In this document: piece by piece, positions 42,721-57,316 of the stretch | Position numbering within the stretch: the first letter of the stretch is position 1 | Layout: each line of letters starts with the position of its first letter | DNA from: the human T2T-CHM13v2.0 reference genome, Homo sapiens | Strand: one strand, 5' to 3' | Length of the DNA: 64,000 nucleotides | NCBI RefSeq assembly: GCF_009914755.1 | Contig: NC_060947.1 | Position numbers and translations under genes: made by a program | Notes under the pieces: model-generated | Database searches by the model: none | The model's input: the letters and a program-made list of their open reading frames with translations, nothing else | Told to the model about the DNA's origin: nothing

Positions 42721-44367
42721 TCAGGATCCAAGAGCACATCAAGGTTATGAAGACAGAGTTCTGAGAAATCTTCTCTAACTGGCAGTAGGTATGTCACACA
42801 CTCAATTCTCTATATCTGTACTGTTTTGTAGGCATCTCAATTTAACATGGCCTAAAGAGGACTCTAGAAGTTTTGCCACTGAACTTTATTCTCTCCAGTC
42901 TTTCCCATCTTCTTAAATGGCAGCTTCATAAGCCCATTTACTCCAAATAAAACTTAGTTCCTTTCTAAACCTAATTCATGCTCCCCCTCATTCAATTCAT
43001 CAACTCTATTCATTCAAAATAACTTTATTCTCACTGAGATAAGTGATTCTATTGGAGTTGCAGCCCCTTTCACCAACATCCTTGACCTGGAAAGAAAGGC
43101 TGAGGGAGCACCTTTCAAAGACATTGGTTGGTTTTCCTTCATCAATCTAAATATAATATAAGAGAAAGAAAAGTACAAAGTAGAATCTTCTAGGCCCTAG
43201 GAAGTACAAAATAAAGGTAGACAGGTGAACAGGACCCATAATAGAGCCAATCTCATCCTCCTCCAATATTTTTATTTTATTAAGGTAAAATTCACATAAT
43301 ATAAAATTAACCATTTTAAAGTTTACCACGTGGTGGCATTTAGTTAATTCACAGCGTTGTGCAATCACCACTTATATCAAGTTTGAAAACATTTTGTCAC
43401 CCCCAAAATATACTCCTGCACTCATTTAAGCAGGTATATCCAATTTCTTACTACTTGCACACCCCGATGACCACCAATCTTCTTTCTGTCTTTATAGATT
43501 TACCTATTGTGGATATTTTATATAAATAAAATAATACAAGATGTGACTTTGCTCTTCTTTCACTTAGCATAATGCTTTCAAGGTTCATGCATGTTTTAGC
43601 CAGTATGAATAATTCAGTTCATTTTACAGCTAATATTATTTCATTATATGAATATACCACATTTATTTATTCATTTATCCATTAATAAACGTTTGGGTCT
43701 TCTTTCACTTTTAACTGCTATGAACTAGTGTACAAGTATTTGAGTGCTTGTTTTTAATTCTTGTGGACATACACCTAGGAGTGAAATTGCTGAGTCATAT
43801 GGTAATCATGTTTAAATTTTTGTGAAACCGCCATGCTATTTTCCACAGTAATTGAACCATATAACATTGTTACCAGCAACGTATGAGTTCCAATTTCTCC
43901 ACATCCTCACCAGCACCTATTTTCCTTTTTCCAAATTATAGCCAACCTAGTTGGTGTGATGTAGCATCTCTTTGTGGTTTTGATTTGCATTTCCCTGATA
44001 AATAGTGATATGAAGCATCTTTTCATGTTCTAGTGGCCATTTACAGATCTTCTTTGGAGAAATATTTGGTCAAGTCCTTTGCCAATTTTAATTGGGTTGT
44101 TTATCTTTCTGTTGTTGAATGCTAAGAATTCTTAATATATCCTAAATACTAGATCCTTATCAGATATGTGATTTGAAAAATTTTCCTCCCTTTCTATGGG
44201 TTATCTTTTCATTGTGTTGAAAATATTCTTTGATGCACAGAAGTTTTAATTTTGAAGCAGTGCGATTTATTTATTTTTTGTTCTTTTTGCTTTTGGTGTC
44301 ATACCTAATAATTCATTGCCAAATACAAGGTCATAAAAATTTACTTCTATATTTTCTTCTAAGAGAT

Positions 44368-44838
44368 TGTGATGGTTAATTCTATGTGTCAACCTGGCTG
44401 GGCCACAGTGCCAGGATGTGTGGTAAAACATTATTTTGGATGTTTCTTTGTGAGTGTTTTTGGATGAAGTTACCATTTAAATTGATGGGCTTTAAGTAAA
44501 GAAGATTGCCCTCTATAATGTGAGTGGGCTCATGCTATGAGTTAAAAGAGAGTAGAACAAAACTCTAACCTCTTCTGAGTAGGAGGAAATTCTGCAACAG
44601 ACATACATTGGACTTGAGCTGCAACATCGGCTCTTTCTTTAGTCTCCAGTCTGATGGCCTTTGGTGTTGAACTGAAACATTAGCTCTTCCCTGAGTATCC
44701 AGCTTGCCAGTCCGCCCTTCAAATTTTGGACTTGCTAGCCTCCATTATTACATGAGCCAATTTTTTAAAATAATTTTTTTCTGTATATGTACACATATTC
44801 TATTGGTTCTGTGTCTCTGGTAAATCCTGACTAATACA
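44368..44838 (+). mobile_element. MLT2 (HERV-L) solo LTR, MLT2C/D-like
   Basis: tgtgatggttaattctatgtgtcaacctgg...ttggttctgtgtctctgg...ctgactaataca. Confidence 0.9.
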
Positions 44839-44989
44839 AAGGTATATACAGAGGTTTGGCTCTTAAATTTAGATTGTTGATTTGTTTTTAGTTAATTTTG
44901 TTATGTAGTGTGAGTTAAGGCTCCAGCTTCATTCTTTTTTTATGTGGATAGCAAGTTATCCCAGCACCATTGGTTGAAGAGACATTTCT

Positions 44990-45910
44990 TTTTTTTTTTT
45001 CATTTTAAGCATTTTTAATTTTCTTTTTAAAATTTTATTATTATTATACTTTAAGTTTTAGGGTACATGTGCACAATGTGCAGGTTAGTTACATATGTAT
45101 ACATGTGCCATGCTGATGTGCTGCACCCATTAACTCATTTACCATTAGGTATATCTCCTAATGCTATCCCTACTCCCACCCCACAACAGTCTCCAGAGTG
45201 TGATGTTCCCCTTCCTGTGTCCATGTGTTCTCATTGTTCAATTCCCACCTACAAGTGAGAACATATGGTGTTTGGTTTTTGTCATTGTGATAGTTTACTG
45301 AGAATGATGATTTCCAATTTCATCCATGTCCCTACAAAGGACATGAACTCATCCTTTTTTATGGCTGCATAGTATTCCATGGTGTATATGTGCCACATTT
45401 TCTTAATCCAGTCTATCATTGTTGGACATTTGGGTTGGTTCCAAGTCTTTGCTATTGTGAATAGTGCTGCAATAAACATACGTGTGCATGTGTCTTTATA
45501 GCAGCATGATTTATAGCCCTTTGGGTATATACCCAGTAATGGGATGGCTGGGTCAAATGGTATTTCTAGTTCTAGATCCCTGAGGAATCGCCACACTGAC
45601 TTCCACAATGGTTGAACTAGTTTATGGTCCCACCAACAGTGTAAAAGTTTTCCTATTTCTGCACATCCTCTCCAGCACCTGTTGTTTCCTGACTTTTTAA
45701 TGATTGCCATTCTAACTGGTGTGAGATGATATCTCATTGTGGTTTTGATTTGCATTTCTCTGATGGCCAGTGATGGTGAGCATTTTTTCATGTGTTTTTT
45801 GGCTGCATAAATGTCTTCTTTTGAGAAGTGTCTGTTCATGTCCTTCACCCACTTTTTGATGGGGTTGTTTGTTTTTTTCTTGTAAATTTGTTTGAGTTCA
45901 TTATAGATTC
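44990..45910 (-). mobile_element. 5'-truncated L1PA3-like insertion, no TSD
   Basis: Low-divergence ORF2 C-terminus (ORF 45282-45947 is a chimera with the host), 3' UTR and poly(T). Confidence 0.9.
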
Positions 45911-47734
45911 CCCATTGAATGACCTTGGAATCTTTGTCAAAAATCATTTGGCCATTGATATATGGGCATATTTCTGCACTCTCAATTCTATTCCATTAGT
46001 CTATGTGTCTATCCATATGCCAATATGATACTCTTTTGATCATTGTAGCTTTTTAGTAAGTCTGAAAATCAGAAGTATGGGTCCTCCAACTTTATTCTTT
46101 TTTTTTTTTCAATATTGTTTGGACTTGTTACAGCCACTGCAATTCCATATCAATTTGAGAACTGGCTTTTCCATTTCTGCAGAAAAACAAAAAGGATATT
46201 GGAATTTTAATAAGGATATCTTTGAATCTTTAGATCACTTTCGGTGGTATTGCCAACCTAACAATGTTAAGTCTTCCAATACATAAATACTGGATATATC
46301 TCCATTTATTTAGAATTTGTTAAATTCCTTTCAGCATTGTTTTGCAGTTTTTAGTTTACAAGTCTTTTATCAGCTTGGTGAAATTTATTCCTAGGTATTT
46401 TATTCTTTTGAATGCTATTATAAATTATTTTTTCCTTAATTTTATTTTAGAATTTCTCACTGTAAGTGTATAAAATACATCAAATTTTTGTGTGTTTATT
46501 GAATCCTACAACTTTATTGAATTTATTAGCTCTAATAACTTTTTTGTAGATTCTTCAAGATTTTCTATGTATAAGTTCATAACATCTGCAAACAAAATAG
46601 ATTTATTTTTTCCTTTCCAATTTGAATGATGGTATTTTTCATTTGTGATTGATCTGGCTAGGTCTTCCAGGTACTTGAATTAAAATGGTAAAAATAGACA
46701 TGCATGTATTGTTCCTAATTTTAGAGAGGAAGCTTTCAATCCTTCACGTTGACTGTGATGTTAGTTGTGAATTTCTCATAAAGGCCCTTTATCTGGTTGA
46801 GGAAGTTCCCTTATATTTCTAATTTGCTATGTGTTTTTATCATAAATAAGTAATGGATGTTGCCAAGAGTTTTTTCTCCATCAGTGGAGTTCATTATACG
46901 TGGCTTTTCCCATTAATTCTACTTACATACTGTATGACATTGATTTTTTTTATATTATGAGCCACCCTTGAATTTCTGGGATAAATCCCCTTGATCATGA
47001 TGTATATAATTCCTTTAATATGATGCTGAATTTGTTAAAATTTTGTTGAGGATGTTTACAACTACATTTATAAAATATTTCTCTGTGGTTTTCATGTGAT
47101 ATTTTTGTCTGGCTTTGATATCAGGGTCATGCTGGCCAAATGGAATTAGTTAAGGAGTGTTTTCTTCTCTTCTAATTGTTGAAAAAATTTAGAAGGATGG
47201 ATCATAATTCCTCTTTAAATGATTGGTAGCATTCATAAGTGAAGTGATATGGTCCTGGGTTTTTGTTGTTGTTGTTAGGAGGCTTTTAATTAATGATTTT
47301 ATCTCTTTACTTGTTATAAGTCTGTTCCAATTCCCTATTTCTTCTTGAATTAATTGTATAGTTTGTGTGTTTATCTAAATTTTTTCATTTCATCTATGCT
47401 ATCTAGTTTGTTGGGATACAATTGTTTTTATAATAGTATACTCTCATAATCATTTTTATTTCTGTAACTTTAGTAGTAAAGTCCCCACATTAAATTCTGG
47501 TTTTACTAACTTGAGTCTACTTAAGTTTTAGTTAATATAGCTCAAGATTTTTCAATTTATAGATTTTTTCAAATAACCAATTTTGATTTTATTAATTTTA
47601 TCCATTGTTTTTCTGTTTGTTATTTCACTTATCTCTGCTGTAATCTTTATTTCCTTCCTTTCATTGTATTTGAGGTTTTTTCTTTTTTCTAGTACTTTAT
47701 GGCATAAAGTAGTTTGAGTTTTGTTGATTAAGGT

Positions 47735-48030
47735 GATTTTTTAATTGAAAAATAAAATGATATGTTTATTGCATACAATATGATGTTTTGAAACATGTAT
47801 ATACCATAAAATGGCTAAATTGAGCTACTTAACATATATGTTACCTCATATACTTGTCATTTTTTGTGGGGTAAACACTTAAAATTATTTTAGCAATTTT
47901 CAGCAATACAATATATTGTTATTAACTATAGTCACCTTGTTGTACAATAAATATCTTGAACTTATTCTTCCTATCTAACTAAAATTTTGTCTCTTGTGAT
48001 CAACATCTCCCACACTTGCCAACCCTGGAA
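47735..48030 (-). mobile_element. L1MA-type 3' UTR fragment
   Basis: 'ttattaactatagtcaccttgttgtacaataaatatcttgaacttattc'. Confidence 0.7.
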
Positions 48031-49780
48031 TGTCAAAGCCCATGCTGACTACAATTTTTTTATTTTAAATTTTTATGGTTACATAATATGCATACACATT
48101 TATAAAATATTTGTAATATTTTATATGTGCATACAATTTAATGATCAATTTAGTGTATTTAGGGTATCCATCACCTTGAATTTTTATCATTCTATGTTTT
48201 GGGAACATTTCAAGTCCTCTCTTCTACGTATTTTAAAATATACAATCCATTGTTGTTAACTATAGTCACCCTACTCTGCTATTGAACATTTGAAATTATT
48301 CTTTCTATCTAACTGTATGTTTCTACCCATTAACCAACTTATCTTCATTCTTCTAACCCACACACACTTCTCAGATTCTAGTATCTATTTTTCCACTCCC
48401 TGCCTTTATTAGATCAACTTTTTCGGCTCCTACATATGAGTGAGAACATGCGATATTTGTCTTTTTGTGCCTGACCTATTTCACTTAACAAAATGACCTA
48501 GAGTACCATCCATATTGCTGCAAATGACATGATTTTATTTTTCCCATTGTGTAAATGTACCACTTTTTTATCCATTCATTGATAGGTACTTAGGTTGATT
48601 CCATATTTTGGATATTGTGAATAGTGATGCAATAAACATAAGAATGCACATATCTCTTCAATACACTGATTTCCTTTCTTTTGGATACTTGCCTGGTGGT
48701 GGGATTACTGACTCACACAGTAGTTCTTATAATATATATGTCATATGATAATTCTTTGTCCTTGATTTTTGACAGTTTGATTTTAATATGTCTTGGGGTA
48801 GTATTATTTGGGTTGGATCTGATTGGTGACGTCTTCCTTACCTGGGTATTTATGTCTTTCCCCCAGATTGGAGAGTTTTCTGCTATTACTTCTTTAAATA
48901 AGGCTTTTATCCCTTTGTCCTTCCCTACTCTCTTTGGAAGCCCAATGACCTGAAGCCTGGGGCTCTGTGGGCAGACCCGGCTCTAGAGTGATCTGAAACC
49001 TGAGTTGGTCCTGGAGCCTGGAACCACAAGCTGGCCTGGCAATGGGTGTGCCTAAAGCCTGTGTCTGCAGGGGTCATCTTGAAAGCTAGTTCCATGTGTT
49101 CTGGCTGATACATAGAGATTTGGGTTGCATCCTGGTGCTGGTAAGGGCCTAAAGCCTGTTGCCATAAGTGTCAGCCCAGCACATGAGTGTAGTCCAGAAC
49201 CCAGGGATGCTTGGCCCAGCCTGGCCCTGAGGCAGACCTGGAGTCTGTCTATGGAGCCTGGCCTGGCAAGAGGTCAGGCTTAAAGCCTAGGGCTACTGGT
49301 GCTGGCCCAGTGCCTTGGCCAGTCCAGAGCCTAGGGGTACTGGGGTTACCTTGACCCTGGGGCAGCACAAAGTCCTAGCTCACCACACAGGTCTGGAGCC
49401 TAGGGCTACAGAATCCCACCGGTGCCATGGCAGGCCTAGAGAATAAGTCCTAGAGCACTGGCCTGGAGTGTAGGGCTGTAGGATCCTGCTAGGTGCTGAA
49501 TTTTACTGGAATGTGCCTCTTAGTGGGGTCAAGGCAATGTTCTGTGCTCACTTCCTTCTCCTTTCTCCAAACAGACGGTATCTCTGTCCACAATGTGCCA
49601 CCTGGAATTGGCGGTGGGCTGATGCAGATAATGTAAAACTGTCCTTCCTATTCTTTTCAATGCATCATTTCTTTTTATTTTTCTTTTTTAAAGGAGTCTT
49701 GCTCTGCTTGGGGATGGGGGGGATGCAGGTAATGCAAACTGTCCTTCCTATTCTTTTCAATGCATCATTTATTTTTCTAT

Positions 49781-50990
<1,210 letters not shown>

Positions 50991-51768
50991 ATCTTTTCTT
51001 ATTTCTGTGCTATATCCAGATACTATAATATTTCACCTAGTTTCCTTAGCTCTTGTGAAGGAAGGTTTTTTTTGTGTGTGTGCATGGATGATTTTGCAAA
51101 TTGATGTTTCTGATAGGGGATGAGTGCCAGTAAGTCCTATTCTACCATCTTGCTGGCACAAAGTTTTTATTTCTTTTTTAATGTAAGCATCTACAACTAT
51201 GAATTTTCCTCTAAGGACTGCTTTCACTGTATCCCATAAGTTTTGTTATGTTGAGGTTTTATTGTCATTTATCTCAAAGTATTTGTAATTTCCCTTATGA
51301 TTTCTTCATAGAACCATTGATTATTTGTGGGTGTGTTAACTTCTACATATTTGTGAATTTCGGAAATGTTCTTCCATTATTGATATCTAATTTCACTCCA
51401 TTGTGGTTGGTGCTATTTCAATTTTTTAAATTCATTCAGATTTATTTTGTGACCTAACATATGATCTATCCAGAAGAATGTTACATGTGAAGTTGAGGAA
51501 AACACGTATTTCAGTATTGTTGAGGAGAATATCCTGTATGTGTCTGTTAGGTCTAGTTGGCTTACAGTGTTGTTCAAGTCCACTATTTTTTTAATTATCT
51601 TTTGTGTAGTTATTCTGTTCATTATTGAAATTGGAATATTAAAGTCTCCAAATATTTTAGAAGTGTGTTTTTCACCCTCTAGTTCAATCAGTTTGCTTTA
51701 TATATTTTAGTCCTTGATTTTTTGTGTGCATATGTTTATAATTATTGTATCTTCTTGGTGGATTGATC

Positions 51769-51825
51769 AATCTATCTATCTATCCATCTATCTATCTATC
51801 TATGTATCTATCTATCTATCATCTA
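51769..51825. repeat. (TCTA)n tetranucleotide repeat
   Basis: Visible imperfect TCTA array. Confidence 0.9.
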
Positions 51826-52320
51826 TATACCTATATGTTTTCTTTATCTCTTTTAACAGCTTTTGATCTGTCTATTTTTTCAGATATTAATAAATCCATC
51901 CCAACTCTCACTTTGTTACTATTTATATGAAATATCATTTTGATTCTTTCACTTTTAATGTATTTGTGCCTTTGTATCTAAAATGAGTCCCTTAATTTAT
52001 CACCATAAAAAATGGTAACTATAGGAGGTGATGGATATGCTTATTAGTTTGATATTGGTAATCATTTCACAATGTATACATATATTAAAACATCAAATAG
52101 TACACCTCTTTGAGACTCTGCTTTCCATTTTTCTGAGTGTATATCCAAAAGTGGAATTGCTGAATCATATGGCAAAATTTTTAAATATTTTTTAAAAATC
52201 ACCATACTGTTTCTCATACTGGTCACACCATTTTACATTCCAGTCTACAGTGCACAAGGGTTCCAATTTCCTCACATCCTCACCACCACTTGTTTTCTGC
52301 CTTGTTTTCAAGATAGTGGC

Positions 52321-52982
52321 TGTATTATTCAGATAGATATATATATACATACATACATACATAGATGATTGGTTCTGTTTCTCTGGAGAACCCTGAATTT
52401 TATATGTATATATAATTAAAATTTTATAAATTTTATATAATTTATATAATTATATAAACATACAATTATATAATATATAAAATTATATATATAATCATAT
52501 GTATTATATATATGATTTATTTGTTTATTTATATATGATTTATTATAAGATCATAAGGAATTGGCTCATGCAATTATGGATGGCCAGTCCTAAGATCTAC
52601 AGGCTGCATTAGCAATCTGCAGACCCAGAAGAGCCAATGGTTTAGTTCCAGTCTAAAGGCTGGCAGACTCTAGACCCAGGAATATCCAGTGTTTTACTTC
52701 AATTCTGAAGAAGGAATAAAGTAATTGTCTCAGTTAGAAGTCCATCAGGCAGAAAGAATTCTCTCTTGCTCAGTGAAGAGTCAGCCTTTTTGTTCTATTT
52801 GGGTCTTCAATTAAGTGTATGAGCTTCCTCACATTATTGAGGGCAATCTTTTTTACTCAGTCTACTGGTTGAAATGCTACCTTAATCTAAAAACACCTTC
52901 ACAGAAACACAGAATACTGTTTGACCAAATATCTGGTTTCCCTGTTGCCCAGTTAAGTTGACATATATGGTTAAATATCGTA
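52321..52982 (-). mobile_element. MLT2B-like solo LTR with AT-rich expansion and an internal microinversion
   Basis: TSD gtggc/gtagc. 'taaggaattggctcatgcaattatgga...cccagttaagttgacata'. Confidence 0.85.
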
Positions 52983-53456
52983 GTAGCCATCCTAATGGGT
53001 GTGATGTGGTATCCATTTACTTTTAAAGTAATTATTCATAAGGAAGGAATTCTGCCTATTTTTTATTGGTTTTCTATATGTCTTATATCTTTCTTGTTCC
53101 TTCATTTCCTCCATTACTGCCTCTCTTTGTATTTCATTGTAGAGTCCCATTTAATTCCTTTCTCATTTACTTTAGTGCATATTTTAGTTATTTTCTTAAC
53201 AATTGCCTTGGGGGTTACAATTATTTTTGTAGTATATATGTGTAATATATAACAAATAAATATACAATTAGATTTATAACAATATATTTTGAATTAATAC
53301 CACCTTTGCTTTAATTGCATACAAAAACTCTGCTCCTATAGAGCTCCATTCCTCTTTTTGCAATGTTGTCATAAAAAGTTTTTACCATTTTTACATTGGT
53401 TATCCGTTAACATACATTGATAATTATTATTTTATGCATTTCTTTTTAAAACCATT

Positions 53457-53673
53457 GTGTGCCTGAAATCCCAGCACTTAGGGAGGCTGAAGCAGGGGAT
53501 CACTTGAGCTCAGGAGTTTGAGAAAAGCCTGAGTAACATAGTAACACCCCATCTCTACAATTTTTTAAAAATAGCTGGGCATGATGATTTATGTCCATAG
53601 CCCCAGCTACTTGTGAAGCTGAGGTAGGAGCATCTCTTGATGGGTGACAGAGTAAGGTTCTGTCTCAAAAAAA
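53457..53673 (+). mobile_element. Partial AluJ with internal deletion
   Basis: Alu left arm and a deleted right arm, short A tail. Confidence 0.8.
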
Positions 53674-54115
53674 TGTCATATGTGAGAAAAAGCAGCATTA
53701 CAAACCAATAATGCAAATAATACTATATAATACAATAATACTTTTATGTTTACCTAGGTAGCTATAATAATTTTACCCAATTTCTTGTATGTCTTAAAGT
53801 TATTATCCAGTACCCTCTCATTTCAGCCAGAGGGACTCTCTTCAGCATTTCTTTTAGGGTGAGTGTACTACTGACAGATTCCATCAGCTTTTGTTTATCT
53901 GGGATGTTTCAATTTCTTCATTTTTTGAAGGAAATTTTGCTATAAATGAAATTCTTGGTTCACATGTTTTTGTTTTTCCTTCAGCACTGTAATTATGCTA
54001 TCACATTTCCTTCTGTCCTCCATGGTTTTTCATGATATTGGTTGTTAATCTTATTGAGGATCCCTTTTATGTGGTAAGTTACTTCTCTCTTGCTGCTTTT
54101 AAGATTCAGTGTGTC

Positions 54116-54408
54116 AGCCAGGTATGGGAGCTCATGCCTGTAATCCCAGCACTTTGGGAGGCTGAAGTAGATGAATCATTTGAGCCCAGGAATTTGAGAC
54201 CAGCCTGAGCAACATAGGGCGACCCTGTCTCTACCAAAAAAAAAATACAAAAATTAACTGGGCATGGCTGTGCATGCCTGTAGTCCCAGCTATTTGGGAG
54301 GCTGAAGTAGGAGGATAATCTGAGCCCAGAAAGGTGGAGGCTGCAGTTTGCCATGATTGCAGCTACTGCACTCCAGCCTGTGCAAGAGAGTGATACTCTG
54401 TCTCAAAA
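54116..54408 (+). mobile_element. AluJ
   Basis: tgagcccagg diagnostics. TSD aagattcagtgtgtc / aaaattcaatgtgtc. Confidence 0.92.
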
Positions 54409-54437
54409 AAAATTCAATGTGTCTTGGTGTATGTATA

Positions 54438-55714
54438 TTAGTTTGCTGCAAAAGTAATTGTGGTTTTAGGTCATGAACTTTAAATTACTACAACCAGGCC
54501 CAAATGCATCTTTACTAATGAAAATAGGAACCATTACAATCAACATATTTTTGCCAATGAGAAATAAGTTTGTTTATTCCTGTAAAAATCCATGCTTCAG
54601 TATTTGATCAACTCTTGGGAAGAATTTTCTGCATCCTACAAGTTATGGAAGCATTTTTCCCTGCCAAAAGCTGTCGAGATGCTTGAAGAAGTGGCAGTCA
54701 GTTGGCAAGAGGTCAGGTGAATATGGTGGATGAGGCAGAATTTTGTAGACTAATTTGTTCGACTTTTGAAAAGTTAGTTGTGTGACATGTGGTCAGGTGT
54801 TGTTGTGGAGAAATATTGGACCCTTTCTGTTGACCAATGCCAGCTGCAGGTGTTGCAGTTTTTGGTGCATCTCATTGAATTGCTGAGCATACTTCTCACA
54901 CGTAATAGTTTTGCCAGAATTCAAGAAGCTATAGTAAATCAGACAGGCAGCATACCACCAAAGAGTGACCGTGACTTTTTTTGTGCAAGTTTGGCTTTGG
55001 GAAGTGGTTTGAAGCTTCTTCTCAGTCCAACCACTGAGCTGGTCATCACTGGTTGCTGTATAAAATCCACTTTTTGTCACACATCACAATCCGATTGAGA
55101 AATGGTTCATTGTTGTTGCATAGAATAAGACAAGACGACACTTTAAAAGGACCATTTTTTGGATTTTCGCTCAGCTCATAAGGCACCTATTTACTGAGCT
55201 TTTTCACTATTCCTGTTTTCATCAAATGCCAAACCGCTGTAGAATGACCAACGTTGAGTTCTTCAACAACTCGTCATGCAGTTGTAAGAGGATCAGCTTC
55301 GATAATTTTTCTCAGTTGGTCATTGTCAACTTCTGATGGACAGCCACTGAGCTCCTCAACTTCAGGTTTCTTGTCTCCTTGTAAAACTTCTTGAACCACC
55401 ACTGTACTGTACAGTTGTTAGACGTTCCTGGGCCAAATCCATTGATGATTTTTCAAGTTGTCTCTGCTGCTTTACGACCCCATTTTGAATCCAAATAATT
55501 AAATTACTCAAATTTGGTTTTTGTCTAACATCATTTACATTGTCTAAAATAAACATAAAATAAACAGCAAGTAATAAATTATTGGCAAAAAATAAAATGA
55601 GAAAAGCCCATTAAAATGATGTATAACATACCACATTTATTTAAGAATGTATTCAAATATCAAACAGCAAATTCCAACAATGCAAAAACCGCAATTACAT
55701 TTGCACCAACCTAA
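54438..55714 (-). mobile_element. Full-length Hsmar1 mariner transposon (1277 bp)
   Basis: TA TSDs at 54436-54437 and 55715-55716. TIRs ttagtttgctgcaaaagtaattgtggtttt / aaaaccgcaattacatttgcaccaacctaa. Confidence 0.95.
54515..55540 (-). pseudogene. Hsmar1 transposase, inactivated
   Basis: ATG at 55540 is followed directly by TAA. Remnants of WVPHEL, KKVTVTLWW, PIFLHNN and YSPDL. Confidence 0.9.
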
Positions 55715-56852
55715 TATTTTTTAATGTATCCTTCTTGGGATTCATTGAGCTTCTTGGAATAGTAGATTCATCACTACTTTTTAAATTTGGGAAGGCTTTG
55801 GTCATTATTTCTTAAAACATTTTTGCTTTCCCTTTCTCTTTCTCCTCTCCTGAAACTTCCATTGTGTGCTTTTTGGCACACTTGATGATGTTCCACTGGT
55901 CTTTTAAACTCTGTTCATTTTTCTTCATTCTTTTTTCTTTCTGCTCCTCAAATTGGATAATTTTCAGTAGTCCTATCTTCAAATATGCTGTTTCTTTCTT
56001 TTGCATGGTCAGGTCTGCTGCTGAGCTTGTCTACTGATTTTTTGTCTTTTCACTTATTGTACTTTTCAATTTCAGAACTTCAGTTCCTTTTTATAATTTC
56101 TATTTCTTTATTGATATTCTACATTTATTGAGACATCATTTTCCTGGTTTCTTTTAGCTCTTTGTGCGTATATAAAACAGGAGAGTTACTAATCTTTGTG
56201 GAATAAATCCAGTGTGTCTGGACCTCCTCAGGGACATTTTAGTTAAAATGTTCTGTGCATAGGTTATACTTTCTTATTTTCATGACTCATAATTTTTGAT
56301 AGCATCTCAACATTTTAAAGATTATAATATGGGAATTCTGAAAATTAGATATGTCCCTGCTTCGGGGTTTGTTTTTCTTGCTCACTGTGGGCTGTGGTTG
56401 TTTGTTTAGTGGCTTTTCTAAACTATTTTTGTAGTGTCCATGTGGTCTCTGAAGTCTCTTTCCTTATACCTTGTGGTCAGCTAGTGTTTTTCTTTTTTTT
56501 ATTTTCTTAACAGAGATTTCCTTGAGTGTATGTATTTAAAGAAAAAGAAAGAAAAAAAATCTCTCACGTATTGCAGATTCGCTTTGTGTTGGGGCACTCC
56601 TTCAACACTTAACCAAGCTGTTTGCAACTCTACCTTATCCTTACCCTGCTGTTTGTGCTGAGCCTAGAGATCAGCCAAAGGTGGAAAGCTTAGAGTCTTC
56701 TTAAGCTGTATTGTGAGCTGTGTCCTGCCTTTGGTATATTTGTATCTTTCTAGCTTTCCAAATATATGTGCATGCTTTAGAATGCCTTAACTTCCCACAG
56801 AAACTCTCCCCAGCTTTTCCTTACAAGCTTTCAACATGTCTATTGATTATTT

Positions 56853-57316
56853 TGACAAAGGTAAGAACTCTATCCTTTGATAAAATTTGAGTTGGGCTTC
56901 TCTGAGTCCTCTTTCTGACTATTCCCTAACCTTAGGCTCTGTACTTAGTCTAGTGTCTTTGCCTGCTTAGTTCACAGCAAAAATACTGCTGGATCAGTTT
57001 AGCAAAAATTCCTCACCCTTGATATGTTATCAAATTCATTATCCCTCATTCCCAATAACTTATCACTCTGACGTGGCTTCAGTAATAATCTTGTCAACTC
57101 AATATGGCCAAAATCTTCCTTACCCATAATGTTTCTTCTTAATAATATTCCATCCACTGATCTCCATCCTGCTTCTTGGCTATAAATCTCCACTTGTTGT
57201 ATTTGGATTTGAGTTCAATCTCTCTCATCTACTACAATACCCCATTTTTGTGGTCCTCTTGAATAAAATATGCTTTACTGTGTTCAACAGGTATCATGAA
57301 TTATTTTTCTTTAACA
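56853..57316 (+). mobile_element. MER31-like ERV1 solo LTR
   Basis: tgacaaag...ctctgagtcctcttt...ggctataaat...aataaa...tttaaca. Confidence 0.7.

Noticed and set aside
44832-44855. atacaaaggt/atacagaggt repeat at the MLT2 end
   Set aside because: Small duplication of the LTR end and TSD, too short to interpret.
45282-45947. 221-aa ORF
   Set aside because: Chance in-frame fusion of old host L1 ORF2 and a young L1 C-terminus.
48955-49500. GC-rich repeated motifs resembling a CRISPR array or CpG island
   Set aside because: Degenerate repeats of an L1M 5' UTR, CpG-poor, with no constant repeat-spacer period.
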